From assembly GCA_964252035.1 (NCBI GenBank), contig OZ176209.1: a DNA stretch of 64,000 nucleotides; one strand, 5' to 3'. A program made the translations under genes and the position numbers. This stretch comes from Podarcis erhardii. Lineage: Eukaryota. Positions within the stretch are counted from its first letter, which is position 1. Each line of letters opens with the position of its first letter. Below the pieces are notes generated by a model. The model searched no databases and was not told where the DNA came from. It saw only the letters and a program-made list of their open reading frames with translations. Positions 25,144 to 37,420 of the stretch are shown here, piece by piece.

Positions 25144-25238
25144 AGCTCAGTCGGTTAGAGCATGGTGCTGATAATGTCAATGTTGCATGTTCAATCTCCG
25201 TAAGGATGCATATTCCTGCATTGCTGGGGGTTGGATTA
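25144..25238 (+). mobile_element. tRNA-Ile(GAT)-like head fused to CR1 tail (SINE)
   Basis: agctcagtcggttagagcatggtgctGATaat..gttcaatctccgta followed by attcctgcattgctgggggttgga. Confidence 0.75.
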
Positions 25239-26029
25239 AACTGTAAGCCTGACTGTCTTATTGATTGTTATAAACCTCTCTGGGAGCCTTTTCAGTGGGT
25301 AAAAATGCTCTAAATAAATAAAGCCAAGGGCCAAAAATGAGCTGCAGGGTACTGTAGTTATAATGACCAGGAGGCTCATATGGACTTTTCATGGGGATAT
25401 ATTTCCAGGACCACAATAGAGGAGCAACAGGTTAAGTCACATGCTATGGTCTCAATCAAGACCAGTGATAGTTATTTAATGTCCAAGAATCAGGTTATTT
25501 CAATAAGTTGCTCTAAGGAGGCATAGGCAGGGCTGGGTTTTGATGTGAACTTTCAGAATCACACAGGATCTGACATGCTGAGAAGGATCAGCTTCTGTTA
25601 AAAACAAACAGCTTCTTCCCTGTGATTGTTTAGAATGGATCAAATAAAACTCAAAAAGAGTGTGCTGAAGACCTGTGGTGCATTTTGTTTTACTGGATGT
25701 TACTGGGTGAGAGAGGAATGGGAGGTCTGCTGTTTTCAGAAGAAGTGGCTTAATGCTCCAGTAATATTTAATTCTGGTCTTAAGCTACCAGTTTCACAAT
25801 GCTGTGCTGTGAATATAACTCTGTGCACTGATAACTGGAGAACAGTGATCACAATAAAGCCTCTGCAATCTAAATAGCTAAGGTTTGGGTAAACATCAAC
25901 ATCAACAACAACAGTTTTATATCAGCCTTCCTCCGAGGATCACAGGGCAGTTTATAATAAAAATAATCTCCCACAAAGCTACCATTGATCAGGGATCTTT
26001 GCTTTCCAAAGCTTATCACAATCTACCAA

Positions 26030-26403
26030 GAGGTGTAGAACAACTATGCATGGTGTAGAGAAAGCAGACAGAACAGTTTTTCTCCTTCTTTCATAATACT
26101 ACAACTTGGGAACTTCCAAGAAAGCAGAAATGTTGAGAGATTCAGGAAAGACAAAATGAAACACTTCTTCACACAGTGCATAGTTTTAACTATGGAAGTA
26201 GCTCCCAGAAGAGGAACTGAAGGCTACTACACATTATGGCTTTATGGTCTTCCTCCACGGTCAAAGGTGTTGCGCCTCTGAAGACCAGTTGATGGGAATC
26301 ACAAATGGGGAGAAAACGCTGTTGTGATTAGGTCCCTCTCATTAGGTGTCTAATGCTGGACTAGATGGACCATTGACCTGAGCAAGCAGCACTCTTCTTC
26401 TAT
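26030..26403 (+). mobile_element. CR1 LINE 3' end
   Basis: agagaaagcagacagaacagtttttctcc..attcaggaaagacaaaatgaaacacttcttcacacagtgc..gctggactagatggacc. Confidence 0.8.
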
Positions 26404-27288
26404 CCCCAAGCTAATACTTTCGGTCATCTTGAACTCTCCTGGCCTTCCAAGTCAAACCTGTTTCCTCCATCTTCCCCTTCTTTGCCCTCCCTGTTCATGA
26501 GACAAAACAGTATGTTGTGAGAGGGCCCTGGACTTCAGTAAGCTTGATAGTTTATGCACGGAACAGATGACGGAATGAAGAACTCTTCCCCAACTGGGGG
26601 CCCTCCAGATGTGTTGGGCCGCAACTCGCGTCAGATCCAGACCACACGGGAAATGGTCAGGTGTGATGGGAACTGGAGAGCACCCTGTTGAAGAAGTCTG
26701 TCATGGAGGCTGAGGCCTGCTGCCATCATCTTCCTCCCTCTTTCCTTCTATATATTCTGTATCCTGTCTGGCTGCATCAACAGGGCTTTTGATATGCAAA
26801 TCTGGAAGAGTGAAGCCGAACCAACAATGCATGTCCAAACCCCAAGTTCTATGTTTTCCTCAGCTGCAAATAAAGGAGACTTTAACACAGCTGCACTTCT
26901 TTCCCCTTACAGATGTGACATTTTCTTGAAAGAGTGTTTTCAGGGTTTTCGCTCTGCGCCCCCCCCACGCCCCTTGTCCTGGCCAACAGCTCTCAATTTC
27001 CAGTGTTGTGAAAGTGGCAGGGAAAGGCAGCAGCGAGTCCATTCACACACTCAGCAAGGGGCAGAAAAAAAGCCTGCACTGTGAAAATTCACAGGGGAGC
27101 AGGGGGCGAGGATGAAATACAAGGAAACCAAGGAATGAGAAAGGCAGTAGAAGTATGGCTATTTTTTAAAAGGTGTGTGTGTGTGTTTCCTATTGCTCTA
27201 GCCCAGGGTTCAAATCCTTTCTCAACTAGGAGATTCGCAAGATGAACAATTTCCTACCCAACCTCCAATGCGGTGATACCCTGTTTTC

Positions 27289-27444
27289 CATAGCTGTCAA
27301 CATTCCCTTTTTTTTGCAGGAAATTCGCTTATTCCAGCACCGTTTCCCACTGCTATCCCAGATTGTTAGATATCCCGTAGACTGTCCCCGGGACTGGTGA
27401 GGCTGCTGATCCCTTATTTTCAAATCTGAAAGTTGACAGCTATG
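27289..27444. mobile_element. hAT MITE, 156 bp, TIR CATAGCTGTCAAC, 8-bp TSD (1 mismatch)
   Basis: TSD ctgttttc (27281-27288) / gtgttttc (27445-27452). Confidence 0.88.
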
Positions 27445-27699
27445 GTGTTTTCTCTAAATGAGGACTATATTAAGTCATAGCTGCATAATCTCCATTTTTG
27501 TTTATGGCAGGGCTGGGGAACCTCCAGGTGCTGTTAGGCCTATTGGACTCCCATCATCCCTGACTGTGGACCATGCTGGCTGGGGCCACATCTAGGTTCC
27601 ACAAAAGATCCATGTCAACTTCTACATGAACCAGTAAAGATAAGCAGCCAGCTATAGTAGCAGACACTAAGTTTTACTACAGTTATTACGCCTTTCCTC

Positions 27700-27857
27700 C
27701 AAGGACCTCATTGTCATCTCGCTCTCTCCTCTCCATCACAACAACTCTTTGTGGTAGGCTGGGCTGAGTGGAATTGGCTGGACAGAAGCTTCATGGCTGG
27801 CTGGAGATATGGTCTTAGGCACCTCGTTCCTAGCCAGAAACTCTAGCCACTACACCA
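27700..27857 (-). mobile_element. CORE/MIR-type SINE
   Basis: acaacaactctttgtggtaggctgggctgag..actctagccactacacc. Confidence 0.6.
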
Positions 27858-28373
27858 GTCAAGAGCCCCAGTTGAAGAGTACAGGAGCTTGGCATTTCTG
27901 GGGTTGTGTTTGGCTTTTTTTGCTGTGTCATCTAACATGACTCATAAGAAAAACTCACAAAACATGCATGACAGCCTGACGTCACCAGCAGCTTAGCCTC
28001 CGTGTCAGCAAAAACTTTTGCTCCCAGAAAAGCTTGAATAACATTATTTTCAAATCCAGCTCATCTCCCAAACACATGTATTTCCAAAAAAAAAAAGCAT
28101 GTCCCCCCCGCCACTTGGACCAAATGGATCACCCAGGCATAATACGTTTTGACAGTATGGAATAGTGCTTTTTAAAAAAAATCCACACCAAAACACTCAT
28201 CTTGTTACATTCAAACACATACACCCTTGCAAAAGGGCTTATTAGAGCTTTCTTCTTTCCCTTCTTTGAGTCAGTGTGTGGATTACATAAATAAAGAAAC
28301 TGGCAGAGTCTGAACATTGCAGAAGAAAGATAAATTGGAGAAGCCCAAATATAATTTCTTAAGCCCCATATCA

Positions 28374-28728
28374 TACCATATCGCGGGTGGCGCTGTGGTC
28401 TAAACCACTGAGCCTCTTGGGCTTGCTGATCGGAAGGTCGGTGGTTTGAATCCCAGCAACGGGGTGAACTCCCGTTGCTCAGTCCCAGCTTCTGCCAGCC
28501 TAGCAGTTCGAAAGCATGTCAAAGTGCAAGTAGATAAATAGGTACCACTCTGGCAGGAAGGTAAACGGCATTTCTATGCGCTGCTGTGGTTCGCCAGAAG
28601 CGGCTTAGTCATGCTGGCTGCATGACCCAGAAGCTGTCTGCGGACAAACGCCGGCTCCCTTGGCCTATAGAGTGAGATGAGCGCCGCGACTGGGCCTAAC
28701 GGTCCGGGGTACCTTTCCCTTACCTTTA
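28374..28728 (+). mobile_element. Sauria SINE, long subtype, about 15-bp TSD ttaagcccc(a)tatca
   Basis: Consensus match; TSD at 28359-28373 and from about 28726. Confidence 0.92.
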
Positions 28729-29262
28729 AGCCCCTATCAGTGGCTCAAGATGCCCCTCCTATTATTTATTATGCCATCCTCACCCCAGTCTTCCTCCCAA
28801 TCTCATCTCAAGGTACTCAGGGCGGTCTGAATGGTTGCCTCAAAACAACCCTGTGAGGTAGACGATGGTGAGAGGCAGTGACTGGAGCAAGGCCCTCCTC
28901 AGAACGAGAGGTGGAGAGGTACCCCTACAGTCACTAAAGCTCAGTTCAAAACATATCCAAGCATAGAACTAGAGGGGATGTTAATTACATGATCTTTGAT
29001 AATGCTTTCTGCTCTCTTGGGTAGAGGATACAGCTTGGTGTGTGTGTGTGGAAAGGTTGTGTGGCAGAGGTAGAATTTAAATTCATTGCCCTATCCATTT
29101 TTATTTTTTTTGCCTCTAGCATGTGGCCCCCAAAAGAGAATGCAGCCCTCCAAGCAGAAAAGCCCCACCGAACCCCTGTTCCAAACAGAAAGGCTGGTAC
29201 AGAGAGCAGTCAGGCGCAACACTTGGGAGCTGAACTGCCAAGAGGATTCTTGGGAGACTGAC

Positions 29263-29435
29263 CTTGTCTGTCCTGCAGTTATTCAGACCCAAGTTGTTTG
29301 TCACAGCAACCTTCCCGTCGAGCACCTGTTGCTCCCGCCGTAGCTGCTCCTTCATCTGCCGAGCCTCCTGGATCGCCTTGGTAACAGCATCGTGGTCATT
29401 TAAGTACCCTGACGATGTGATAGAGGAAAGGATAT
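29263..29435 (-). CDS. SOX5: SOX5 coding exon (about exon 11): [DILSSITSS][49 protein letters not shown], with two possible acceptors (exon start 29435 or 29408)
   Basis: Second coiled-coil-like SOX5 peptide. Donor AAG|gtcagt at 29261-29262. Acceptors tag (29436-29438) and cag (29409-29411) are 27 nt apart and both phase 1; exon is 173 or 146 nt. Confidence 0.96.
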
Positions 29436-30076
29436 CTAGGCACGGGGTGGAGGGGAGAGAAGGGACACAAACAGAAGCAAGGTTACCAGGAAACATTGCG
29501 AGCGATTATCTTCAAAACACTCAGGTGGCCTTTTTTTAATGGACGCTGGGCAATGAGCAAACTCATCAGTTGCTAGTGCCTCGAATTAGGGATGGAAACA
29601 CCCTGTGGTATAAATGGATGTGTATTTGATTCATTCTTCAGTCAATATATGGAAATAAAAGATCATCAGTGGTATCAGGAGGCTTTAAAAACAAGTTTTG
29701 AGGATGCTAAATATCTACTTTTCCTCGCTTGGCCAGATAGCATAAGGAAATTGTTTATTGTGTACAAGATCAATCAATCAATCAATCAGTCAGTCAATCA
29801 ATCAAACAAACAAAATGAATTTTACTCCCCTTTGGCAGCATGCCACTATTATTCCTGTTTTATAGACAAGCTAGGAAAGAGACCTCCAAGAACACCTTAA
29901 GACTACAGAGCCATAACAAAAGCCCTGGAGATAAAGATTATGGGTCGGTCCAATGCTTGCCATACTCCGAGTAGGCCCATTGAAATTAACTGGCATGGGC
30001 ATACTCCAAGAAAACCTGAGGATTGCATTCCTAGAGAGTAATCTGTTGTGGGCTGTTGCGATGGGTTGGGGGGAAA

Positions 30077-30161
30077 AGAAGAAGAAGAAGAAGAAGAAGA
30101 AGAAGAAGAAGAAGAAGAAGAAGAAGAAGAAGAAGAAGAAGAAAAGAAAAGAAAAGAAAAG
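30077..30161. repeat. (GAA)n then (GAAAA)n microsatellite
   Basis: Seen directly. Confidence 0.97.
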
Positions 30162-30329
30162 ATGGACCAGCCACTTTTCTCTCCCATTGACATCCCCTTC
30201 CCCTCTATCTCCCTTTTTTGTGGAATGCTCTCCCTAGAGAAGCTCGCCTGGTGCCTTCATTACATAACTTTAGGCACTAGTTGAAAATGTTTTTCTATGA
30301 CCAGGCCTTTCCTTTGGCTGATTAACATT

Positions 30330-30612
30330 CTATGGACTTTTACTTTATTTATAACTTTCATTTTACAACAAACAAAAAGCAAAAAACAAACAAACTTAAA
30401 AATCAAGTTATTACATATATCACATTTCGACTCCCCTCTCCCTTTTTCTGCAGCTCCTTATACTTATAATATTTTTACTGCATTTCCAAATTAAAACTAG
30501 TCATTATTTATCACATATAATCCATAATTGTTTAATATCACTGCAGGCCTTTACCTTAATCCTGCTAATGTCTTAATCTGTTTGCAAACCATTCTACGGC
30601 CTTCTAAATTTG
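30330..30612 (-). mobile_element. Probable L1-clade 3' end
   Basis: Minus strand ..MVCKQIKTLAGLR* followed by an AT-rich UTR and T-rich end. Confidence 0.5.
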
Positions 30613-31422
30613 TTTGTGGGGTGTGTTACTGGTTTGTTTCTATTTTTGTTTTGTTAGGTGTTTTGAGTTCAAATTCTGTATTTTTATATCGTGAACAAAC
30701 AACAACTCCACCCCACTCCAGTCACCTCTTTTCTCTCCATCTCTCGCTCTGCCCTCCAGGAAGCCCCCAAGAACAGATTTTGGGGGCACACAGGGTGAAG
30801 GAGAGGAAGTTCCATTCCACAAGTGGAACTCTGTCCTGGGCACAACCCTTAGTTCTGAGCCAAACACTGGGCACCAAGCGAGCAGTCTAAGGGAGCCCAT
30901 TCCAGTCTTTGGGTAGCACTCCCCCAAAGGCCTTTTCCTAACCTCTGACCACGGGCAGCAGCCCTTTGCAGACTGCTCACCTTGCCTTGCCAATGCTACT
31001 TATAATCTAAGTCCGCTGGGATAGGAACTAGGTCAAGTTCTGTACAGCGCCTAGCACGCCTCATTGCTGCAGCAAACAAAATCCCATGCAGCAAAAAAAC
31101 TGGAGCTATTATTGCCTTCCTCTGAGCCGAGCTTATTTAATTGCAGCCTGTGTGGCAGGAAGAGAAAATCAAAATATCTTACACCCGTTTCCTTAAACTC
31201 GCAAATCCCTTAATAAACCACAGGTGATGATGCTTTTGCTGTAAGATACGGCGGCTGAGCGGATAAATCTCAGCTACGGAACATCACTCGCAGCTACACA
31301 AACGCACACACACACCTCCCTACGCCACCTGTCACTGAGAAACACATAAGGCACCATAGTGCCATGGACTTTAGATTCCCGCTCTGCTAATTCTGGGTCA
31401 GATGTTTATTCCTTGGCTGCAG

Positions 31423-31424
<2 letters not shown>

Positions 31425-31467
<43 letters not shown>
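31425..31467. repeat. (CA)n microsatellite
   Basis: Seen directly; (ATTT)n at about 31621-31668. Confidence 0.97.
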
Positions 31468-31469
<2 letters not shown>

Positions 31470-31624
31470 TTGGGGGATAAAGACCTCCAGACCCCAATCT
31501 ATTCAAACAGATGGGGAGGGGGAACCAATCCTAATATCAGCCATTTCTCTACCTGTCTCTCCGTTCCTCTTAACCTGGTCACTTTCTCTATATCTTTTAA
31601 AGCTAGGGCATCAAAGTTGCATAT

Positions 31625-31667
<43 letters not shown>

Positions 31668-31828
31668 TTGCATTTTATATTTTTTCTCCCCCTTCCGAGA
31701 GCAGCCTTGAAAACTGCAATATGAAATTGCCCGGAAAGGGGCTTCTGTTTGTGACATGAGGCTAAATCTAACCAGATCCATTGGTGAATTGTAACAGATG
31801 GAGGGGCTGTTAGACAGAAGGCTGGCAC

Positions 31829-32064
31829 NNNNNNNNNNNNNNNNNNNNNNNNNNNNNNNNNNNNNNNNNNNNNNNNNNNNNNNNNNNNNNNNNNNNNNNN
31901 NNNNNNNNNNNNNNNNNNNNNNNNNNNNNNNNNNNNNNNNNNNNNNNNNNNNNNNNNNNNNNNNNNNNNNNNNNNNNNNNNNNNNNNNNNNNNNNNNNNN
32001 NNNNNNNNNNNNNNNNNNNNNNNNNNNNNNNNNNNNNNNNNNNNNNNNNNNNNNNNNNNNNNNN
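31829..32064. other. Assembly gap (236 N)
   Basis: Run of N. Confidence 1.
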
Positions 32065-32275
32065 TTATGAATGTTCTGTTCCTAAAGAGCCTTGTCTAAT
32101 CATGTCACATTACACATCCTTGCCGTATTGCTTGCGCCTTCTATCTGATCTGCCGATTGCCAAAGAATGTACAACATTGTCTCCTCCGCGCTCCGCTTTG
32201 AAATGTTACGGGGAGAGAAGCTGGTGTCAGGTTCGTCTGTGGCGGCACTGCTGAGAGGTTGTTGGGTTGTTGCTG

Positions 32276-32306
<31 letters not shown>

Positions 32307-32929
32307 TTTAAACGCTTTGGAAAAAAATAAAATTGTTTTGAAAGCAACGGAGTTTGGCAATTCCCGCTTCCTTGGGAAATCAAAACCTAGGTGCTTGGGA
32401 AGCCTCCCAGTTTGAGTGGGCAGGGGAAGCCTTGGTTAGCGTTGATCTCGGCATTGAAGGTAGTGAGGGGGTAGCAAAATTACAGCAATATTAGGTGGCA
32501 CAATGTGCTGTATCAGATGGAGCAGGCATTCCTTGAATGCTTTAGGTTTGCTTAAAAAAACAAAACACCTAACCGCAAGTACAGTAGAAGGCTAAGATAT
32601 CGCAGAAGCCTGTTCCTTTGTGAGCTAGCTTTCTACAAGCACTTGCATTCGCTCTTCACATATGAAAAGAAGACCCCACGCTTCCCCCGGCACTTTAAAG
32701 TGATGTTGTCCTTTCTATTGCATGTGTAGAACAGGCCCAAGCTATTTATTTTTGGGACTTTCTCAGCCCAAGACTGAAGGTGGGTCGATTAATTTTAAAT
32801 TCTCTCCAACATGAAAAAACAAAACAAACCCCCAACTGCTTGCATGTAATAAACTAGCACATCAGGGAGAGGCTGAACAAAACCCTAAAACTAAATCTGA
32901 GCCCAGGACAAATTAAAAAGGGACACCTT

Positions 32930-33330
32930 TTTGAGTTTGTGAAAGATTGTTATATTGTTGTTAGAGTATGATGTTTAGAATTATTATTATAATTTTGTTA
33001 TTAGCTTTGGTGAAATATGCTAGTAACTGGAACGCCTGAGTTTCTTCCTTTTCTTGATTCTTAATGAATTTCCCCCTAAGTAAATTTAAAAACTGGGGTA
33101 GGAATCCACCTTTAGTAGTCAACAGAATGTACTATCCTAAAAAATCTCCATGTTTGCCTCCTTATTTATTTTTCTTAAGAATGAATATCGATAGATTTAT
33201 GGGAAAGTAGATATCTATAATATGCTGGGATGCAAATGTTAAGAAAATATCATTTCCCCCCTCTCTTCTCTTCCTTCTGTTATAACTTTTTTTTTGTTCT
33301 TTAATAAAAACAAATTACAAAACAAACAAA
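32930..33330 (+). mobile_element. Possible L1-type 3'UTR remnant
   Basis: AT-rich tract ending ttttgttctttaataaaaacaaa.. like the other L1 ends; no coding remnant recognised. Confidence 0.35.
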
Positions 33331-34054
33331 AACCTACTTTTCTATTTCATTATTTTCTTTAAATGTGGGACAATATTCATTCCCCACACTCCTTAATTCC
33401 AAAGCAGCATTTGCCTAAAACCTCTAGATATTTTGCTGGCTGGAATTAATGTAAGTTGTCGCCCAAGACATCTCAAGGATACCAGGTTGGCAAAAGGTGG
33501 TCTAAAGTCCAGGTGTTGAGTCTCTCGGTCCACTTTGCCATGTTATGCTTGCGAGGTGGAAGTCTCTACAGTGTGCTACTTTCACACACTGTGCATGGAA
33601 TGTCGGAGTGCGGCTGCTCGCTGCTGCAGCATTGCATCTGGTGGAAAGTGGGACAATGCTGACCTAAGAAGGCACACACTTTCCCCACATGGCCTGGGGC
33701 TTCTGAGCAGGGCTGAGGGAAAGGTAACCTACCCAAGGGGGCCCTCAATCCACCATCACAATCTGCATAATGCACAGAACAACTCTTAAAAGCTGTCAAC
33801 GGAAGAGACAGGTTGCAGGGAATTAACTGGATCGCGGAACTCGTATTTCAGGAAGGCTGCGGCTCCAGTCAACATTTCGGAAATCATGTCCTCCCCCCAG
33901 AGAGCACACGTTGCGGTGAGATCATCAATGGGCAATGGGATAGTTTCATGCACTAACCGAGGGACCCATATATACCGCTGCACATTGCATTGAGCTTCCT
34001 CTTTTTTGCCTTCTGCACCGGATCACCTGCCCACCTTATATTTAGGGTTCATTA

Positions 34055-34370
34055 CGTTGGTGGCGCTGTGGGTTAAACCACAGAGCCTAGGGCTTGCCGA
34101 TCAGAAGGTCGCCGGTTCGAATCCCTGCAACGGGGTGAGGTCCCGTTGCTCAGTCCCTGCTCCTGCCAACCTAGCAGTTCAAAAGCACATCAAAGTGCAA
34201 GTAGCTAAATAGGTACCGCTCCGGCGGGAAGGTAAATGGCGTTTCCATGCGCTGCTCTGGTTTCGCCAGAAGCAGCTTAGTCATGCTGGCCACATGACCC
34301 GGAAGCTGTATGCCAGCTCCCTCGGCTGATAAATCGAGATGTGCGCCGCAACCCCATACCTTTACCTTTA
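34055..34370 (+). mobile_element. Sauria SINE with 3' internal deletion
   Basis: Consensus match; jumps from gcaacccc to the (accttt)n tail. Confidence 0.92.
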
Positions 34371-34384
34371 TGACCTTGCTATGC

Positions 34385-34922
34385 CGTTGTGGGTCGTCTG
34401 CTTTTGGGACAGGGGCCCAGTAGGAATTTTCCCATTTGGCTGATTGGCTGGTGCCACTTGGGTTTCACCTGCCACGTAGCAAATCATCACAACTTTGTAA
34501 GGTCTGGTGGTTAGGCATTGGTTCAAGGTGGAGTGAAGGGGAGGTTGTCACACCTGCCCCTCCCATGTGCAAATGGTATTCTGTTAAAGGAATCCAGGGG
34601 CTCGCCTTGCTTTTGTCTGATCCCATTCCAGGAGTTAGGGCCACGCCAGAACCCCTGGGAGCATTTGGGGTGAGTGTGAGTCTGACCCTGGTCCAATGCT
34701 CCCCCAGGATGTTTTCCCTTACTGACATCTGGCAGAGTCCAGGCATCAGTGCTGCCCTGCTGAGGTCAGGTGCAGCTAGTCGGGAATCAATGCCTAAGCA
34801 AACCATTCACGATCTGTAATCAATAAAGTTTGGCCAAAATTATGCCAATAACCTTAAACTAAATTCTGTGTCAATTGTGTCTTGATTTATTGGGGAGGTC
34901 TTGGGGTCTGAACACGCAGCAC
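34385..34922 (+). mobile_element. LTR-like segment (R/U5-like 3' end)
   Basis: AATAAA at 34822-34827, GT-rich downstream, ends ..acgcagca; no clear TG start or TSD. Confidence 0.4.
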
Positions 34923-35709
34923 CTCAAAATCCCCTCAGGATGTGCAGAGAAGGAGTTCTGCTTTACAGAACAATCACAAATTGATCTTTAAGACCATCAT
35001 AGGATACTTCAGGAGGAGCAAGAGGAGCCATTTAAAGCTATTAGTTGTACCAAATACAGCGTCTTGATAGGAATGCTTTAAATTCCACCAAGATGGAGCT
35101 GCTGTTGGCAGGCGGTTCGCCAATTTTTGGAGACAGTGCTGCATCTATTTCTGATGGGGTTTCACTTCTGAAACTTTGCTTTAGGGTGCATGTGTAGGAA
35201 GCCCAAGCGGGCTACCAAAACATAACCTAAGGCTGGTGTGACAGATATGGCCTCGGATGGCCTGGCCAGTTTATGAATCACTATTTTGGCTATTTAGATC
35301 ACGATGATGAATTGTATGTGAGGGTGCTGTTCACAAACTTCAGGTAAAACAAAATATGGCAGCTAAGTCACAAACTGAGCTTAGGCACATGCAGGAAATC
35401 GTGGCAATCTTAAAAATGCTACTAAGATGTTCCTCAAAGACTCTTCTCCAGATTCTGCGTTTGGAAGTGAAGCCAGTGATGATCAGTGGCAGGAATGTGC
35501 CGACTCTCAAATGCTGTACCTAGAGAGGCTCAAGTCTGATTATTTTTGGCACCAGGTGAGAAGATATTTCTCTTTGCCCAGGCATTTTTGTTTCTGAGCT
35601 TTGACAGATTTGACTTTAAAGGAGAACTGAATCAACTTTCTGCCTCATTCTGCTTCTAACCATCTCTTCCTGATTGTAACTCAAACAGCAACCTGGCAGC
35701 AGCCAGAGA

Positions 35710-35862
35710 NNNNNNNNNNNNNNNNNNNNNNNNNNNNNNNNNNNNNNNNNNNNNNNNNNNNNNNNNNNNNNNNNNNNNNNNNNNNNNNNNNNNNNNNNNN
35801 NNNNNNNNNNNNNNNNNNNNNNNNNNNNNNNNNNNNNNNNNNNNNNNNNNNNNNNNNNNNNN
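35710..35862. other. Assembly gap (153 N)
   Basis: Run of N. Confidence 1.
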
Positions 35863-36714
35863 CCTAGCCGGCACGCACCACGATCCCCTTCAGTAACCTC
35901 AAAAAGTCCCTTTCTATATCTGTCTCACAAAGATATACGGTGGCGAAGCCCATGTCATTAACAATAACTTAAATATGTTATCTTTTGGTCCACAGTTCCC
36001 CATGGTTTATTAATGGTATAACACATTAATTCTCCTTACAAGAGTGACCTTTACAACTCCAGTCATCCTCACAGCTTTTATCCAATTACATTATCACTCA
36101 TTACAGGTACAGCCTTTCAAAATCTACATTTCACTGAAAGGGAGGGAGGGAAATGGCAAGGATTCCAAATGCAGGGAAGAGACCAGAAAGTGGGAAGGAA
36201 AAGATTTTATCTGGAAAATTAAGAAGTGCGTGCAGCTACTCCGAGGCTTGTTGAACAAGCTTAAAAGTGCCTTTGAATGTTGGATGGAGGGGGGAGTATG
36301 TCTGGACTGCAGTTGTGTGTGGCATCCCAACAGCTCTCCTGGTACCCTCACCCAATGGCACCAGTGTGCACCCAGTGCCCCACCCCATGCACCCCATGTT
36401 CAAAACTGTTCTAGGCGCATTCTGCCACAGGGAATTTCATTAGCGTGAGCAGTTTCTGAGCTCTGGGCGCAGTACTGCGCCTAAGATTTCAGATTAAAAC
36501 TGCAGACTAGAAGGAAAGGAGGACCATTTTCTGCCTCCCCACTTCCAGCTACTCTGTAAAGAGTGGAGAAGAATCCCTCTTAAGAATATTAGGGGGCTGG
36601 GGCAGGGGAAGGACTACTAGACCATGTGAAAAATGAACATAATATTTTAGCTGCAGTCCATTCATTTTCAGCTTTGTATTCTTGTTATATTAAAAAAGTG
36701 TGCCTTTACATTCC

Positions 36715-37420
36715 ATGCTTGTCTTTGTCCATGGAGTTTTCTTGGCAGGGATACTGGAGTGGCTTGCCGGTTCCTGCTCCAGGTGGATCACGTTTGGTCA
36801 AAACTCTCCACTGTGACCTGTCCATCTTGGGTGGCCCTGCACAGCATAGCTCATAGCTTCTCTGAGTTATATAAGCCTCTTTGCCATGGCAAGGCAGTGA
36901 TCCATGAAGGGCATCTTAAAAAGCAGAGACATCACCTTGTCAACAAAGGTCCGTATAGTAAAAGCTATGGTTTTCCCAGTAGTGATGTATGGAAGTGAGA
37001 GCTGGACCATAAAGAAGGCTGATCGCCGAAGAATTGATGCTTTTGAATTATGGTGCTGGAGGAGACTCTTGAGAGTCCCATGGACTGCAAGAAGATCAAA
37101 CCGATCCATTCTGAAGGAAATCAGCCCTGAGTGCTCACAGGAAGGACAGATCCGGAGGCTGAGGCTCCAATACTTTGGCCACCTCATGAGAAGAGAAGAC
37201 TCCCTGGAAAAGACCCTGATGTTGGGAAAGATGGAGGGCACAAGGAGAAGGGGACGACAGAGGACGAGATGGTTGGACAGTGTTCTCAAAGCTACCAGCA
37301 TGAGTTTGACCAAACTGCGGGAGGCAGTGGAAGACAGGAGTGCCTGGCGTGCTCTGGTCCATGGGGTCACGAAGAGTCGGACACGACTAAACAATTAAAC
37401 AACAACAACAAGAAGAACAG
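36715..37420 (+). mobile_element. BovB LINE: inverted 5'UTR (36715 to about 36912, minus) joined to the 3' ORF end (about 36912-37398, plus) with (AAC)n tail
   Basis: Peptide ILKSRDITLSTKVRIVKAMVFPVVMYGSESWTIKKA..KSRTRLN is BovB. The left part reverse-complements to the BovB 5'UTR (atggatcactgcc..gggccacccaagatggac..ccactccagtatccctgccaagaaaactccatgg). Possible 6-bp TSD acattc. Confidence 0.9.

Noticed and set aside
25144-25215. Functional tRNA-Ile gene (likewise tRNA-Lys at 54706)
   Set aside because: Stems and B box are mutated and each head is fused to a CR1 tail, so these are SINEs.
33786-33983. Protein-like 65-aa minus ORF (ETIPLPIDDLTATCALWGEDM..)
   Set aside because: No homology that I recognise and no splice sites linking it to SOX5. 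It could be a conserved non-coding block, which I cannot test.
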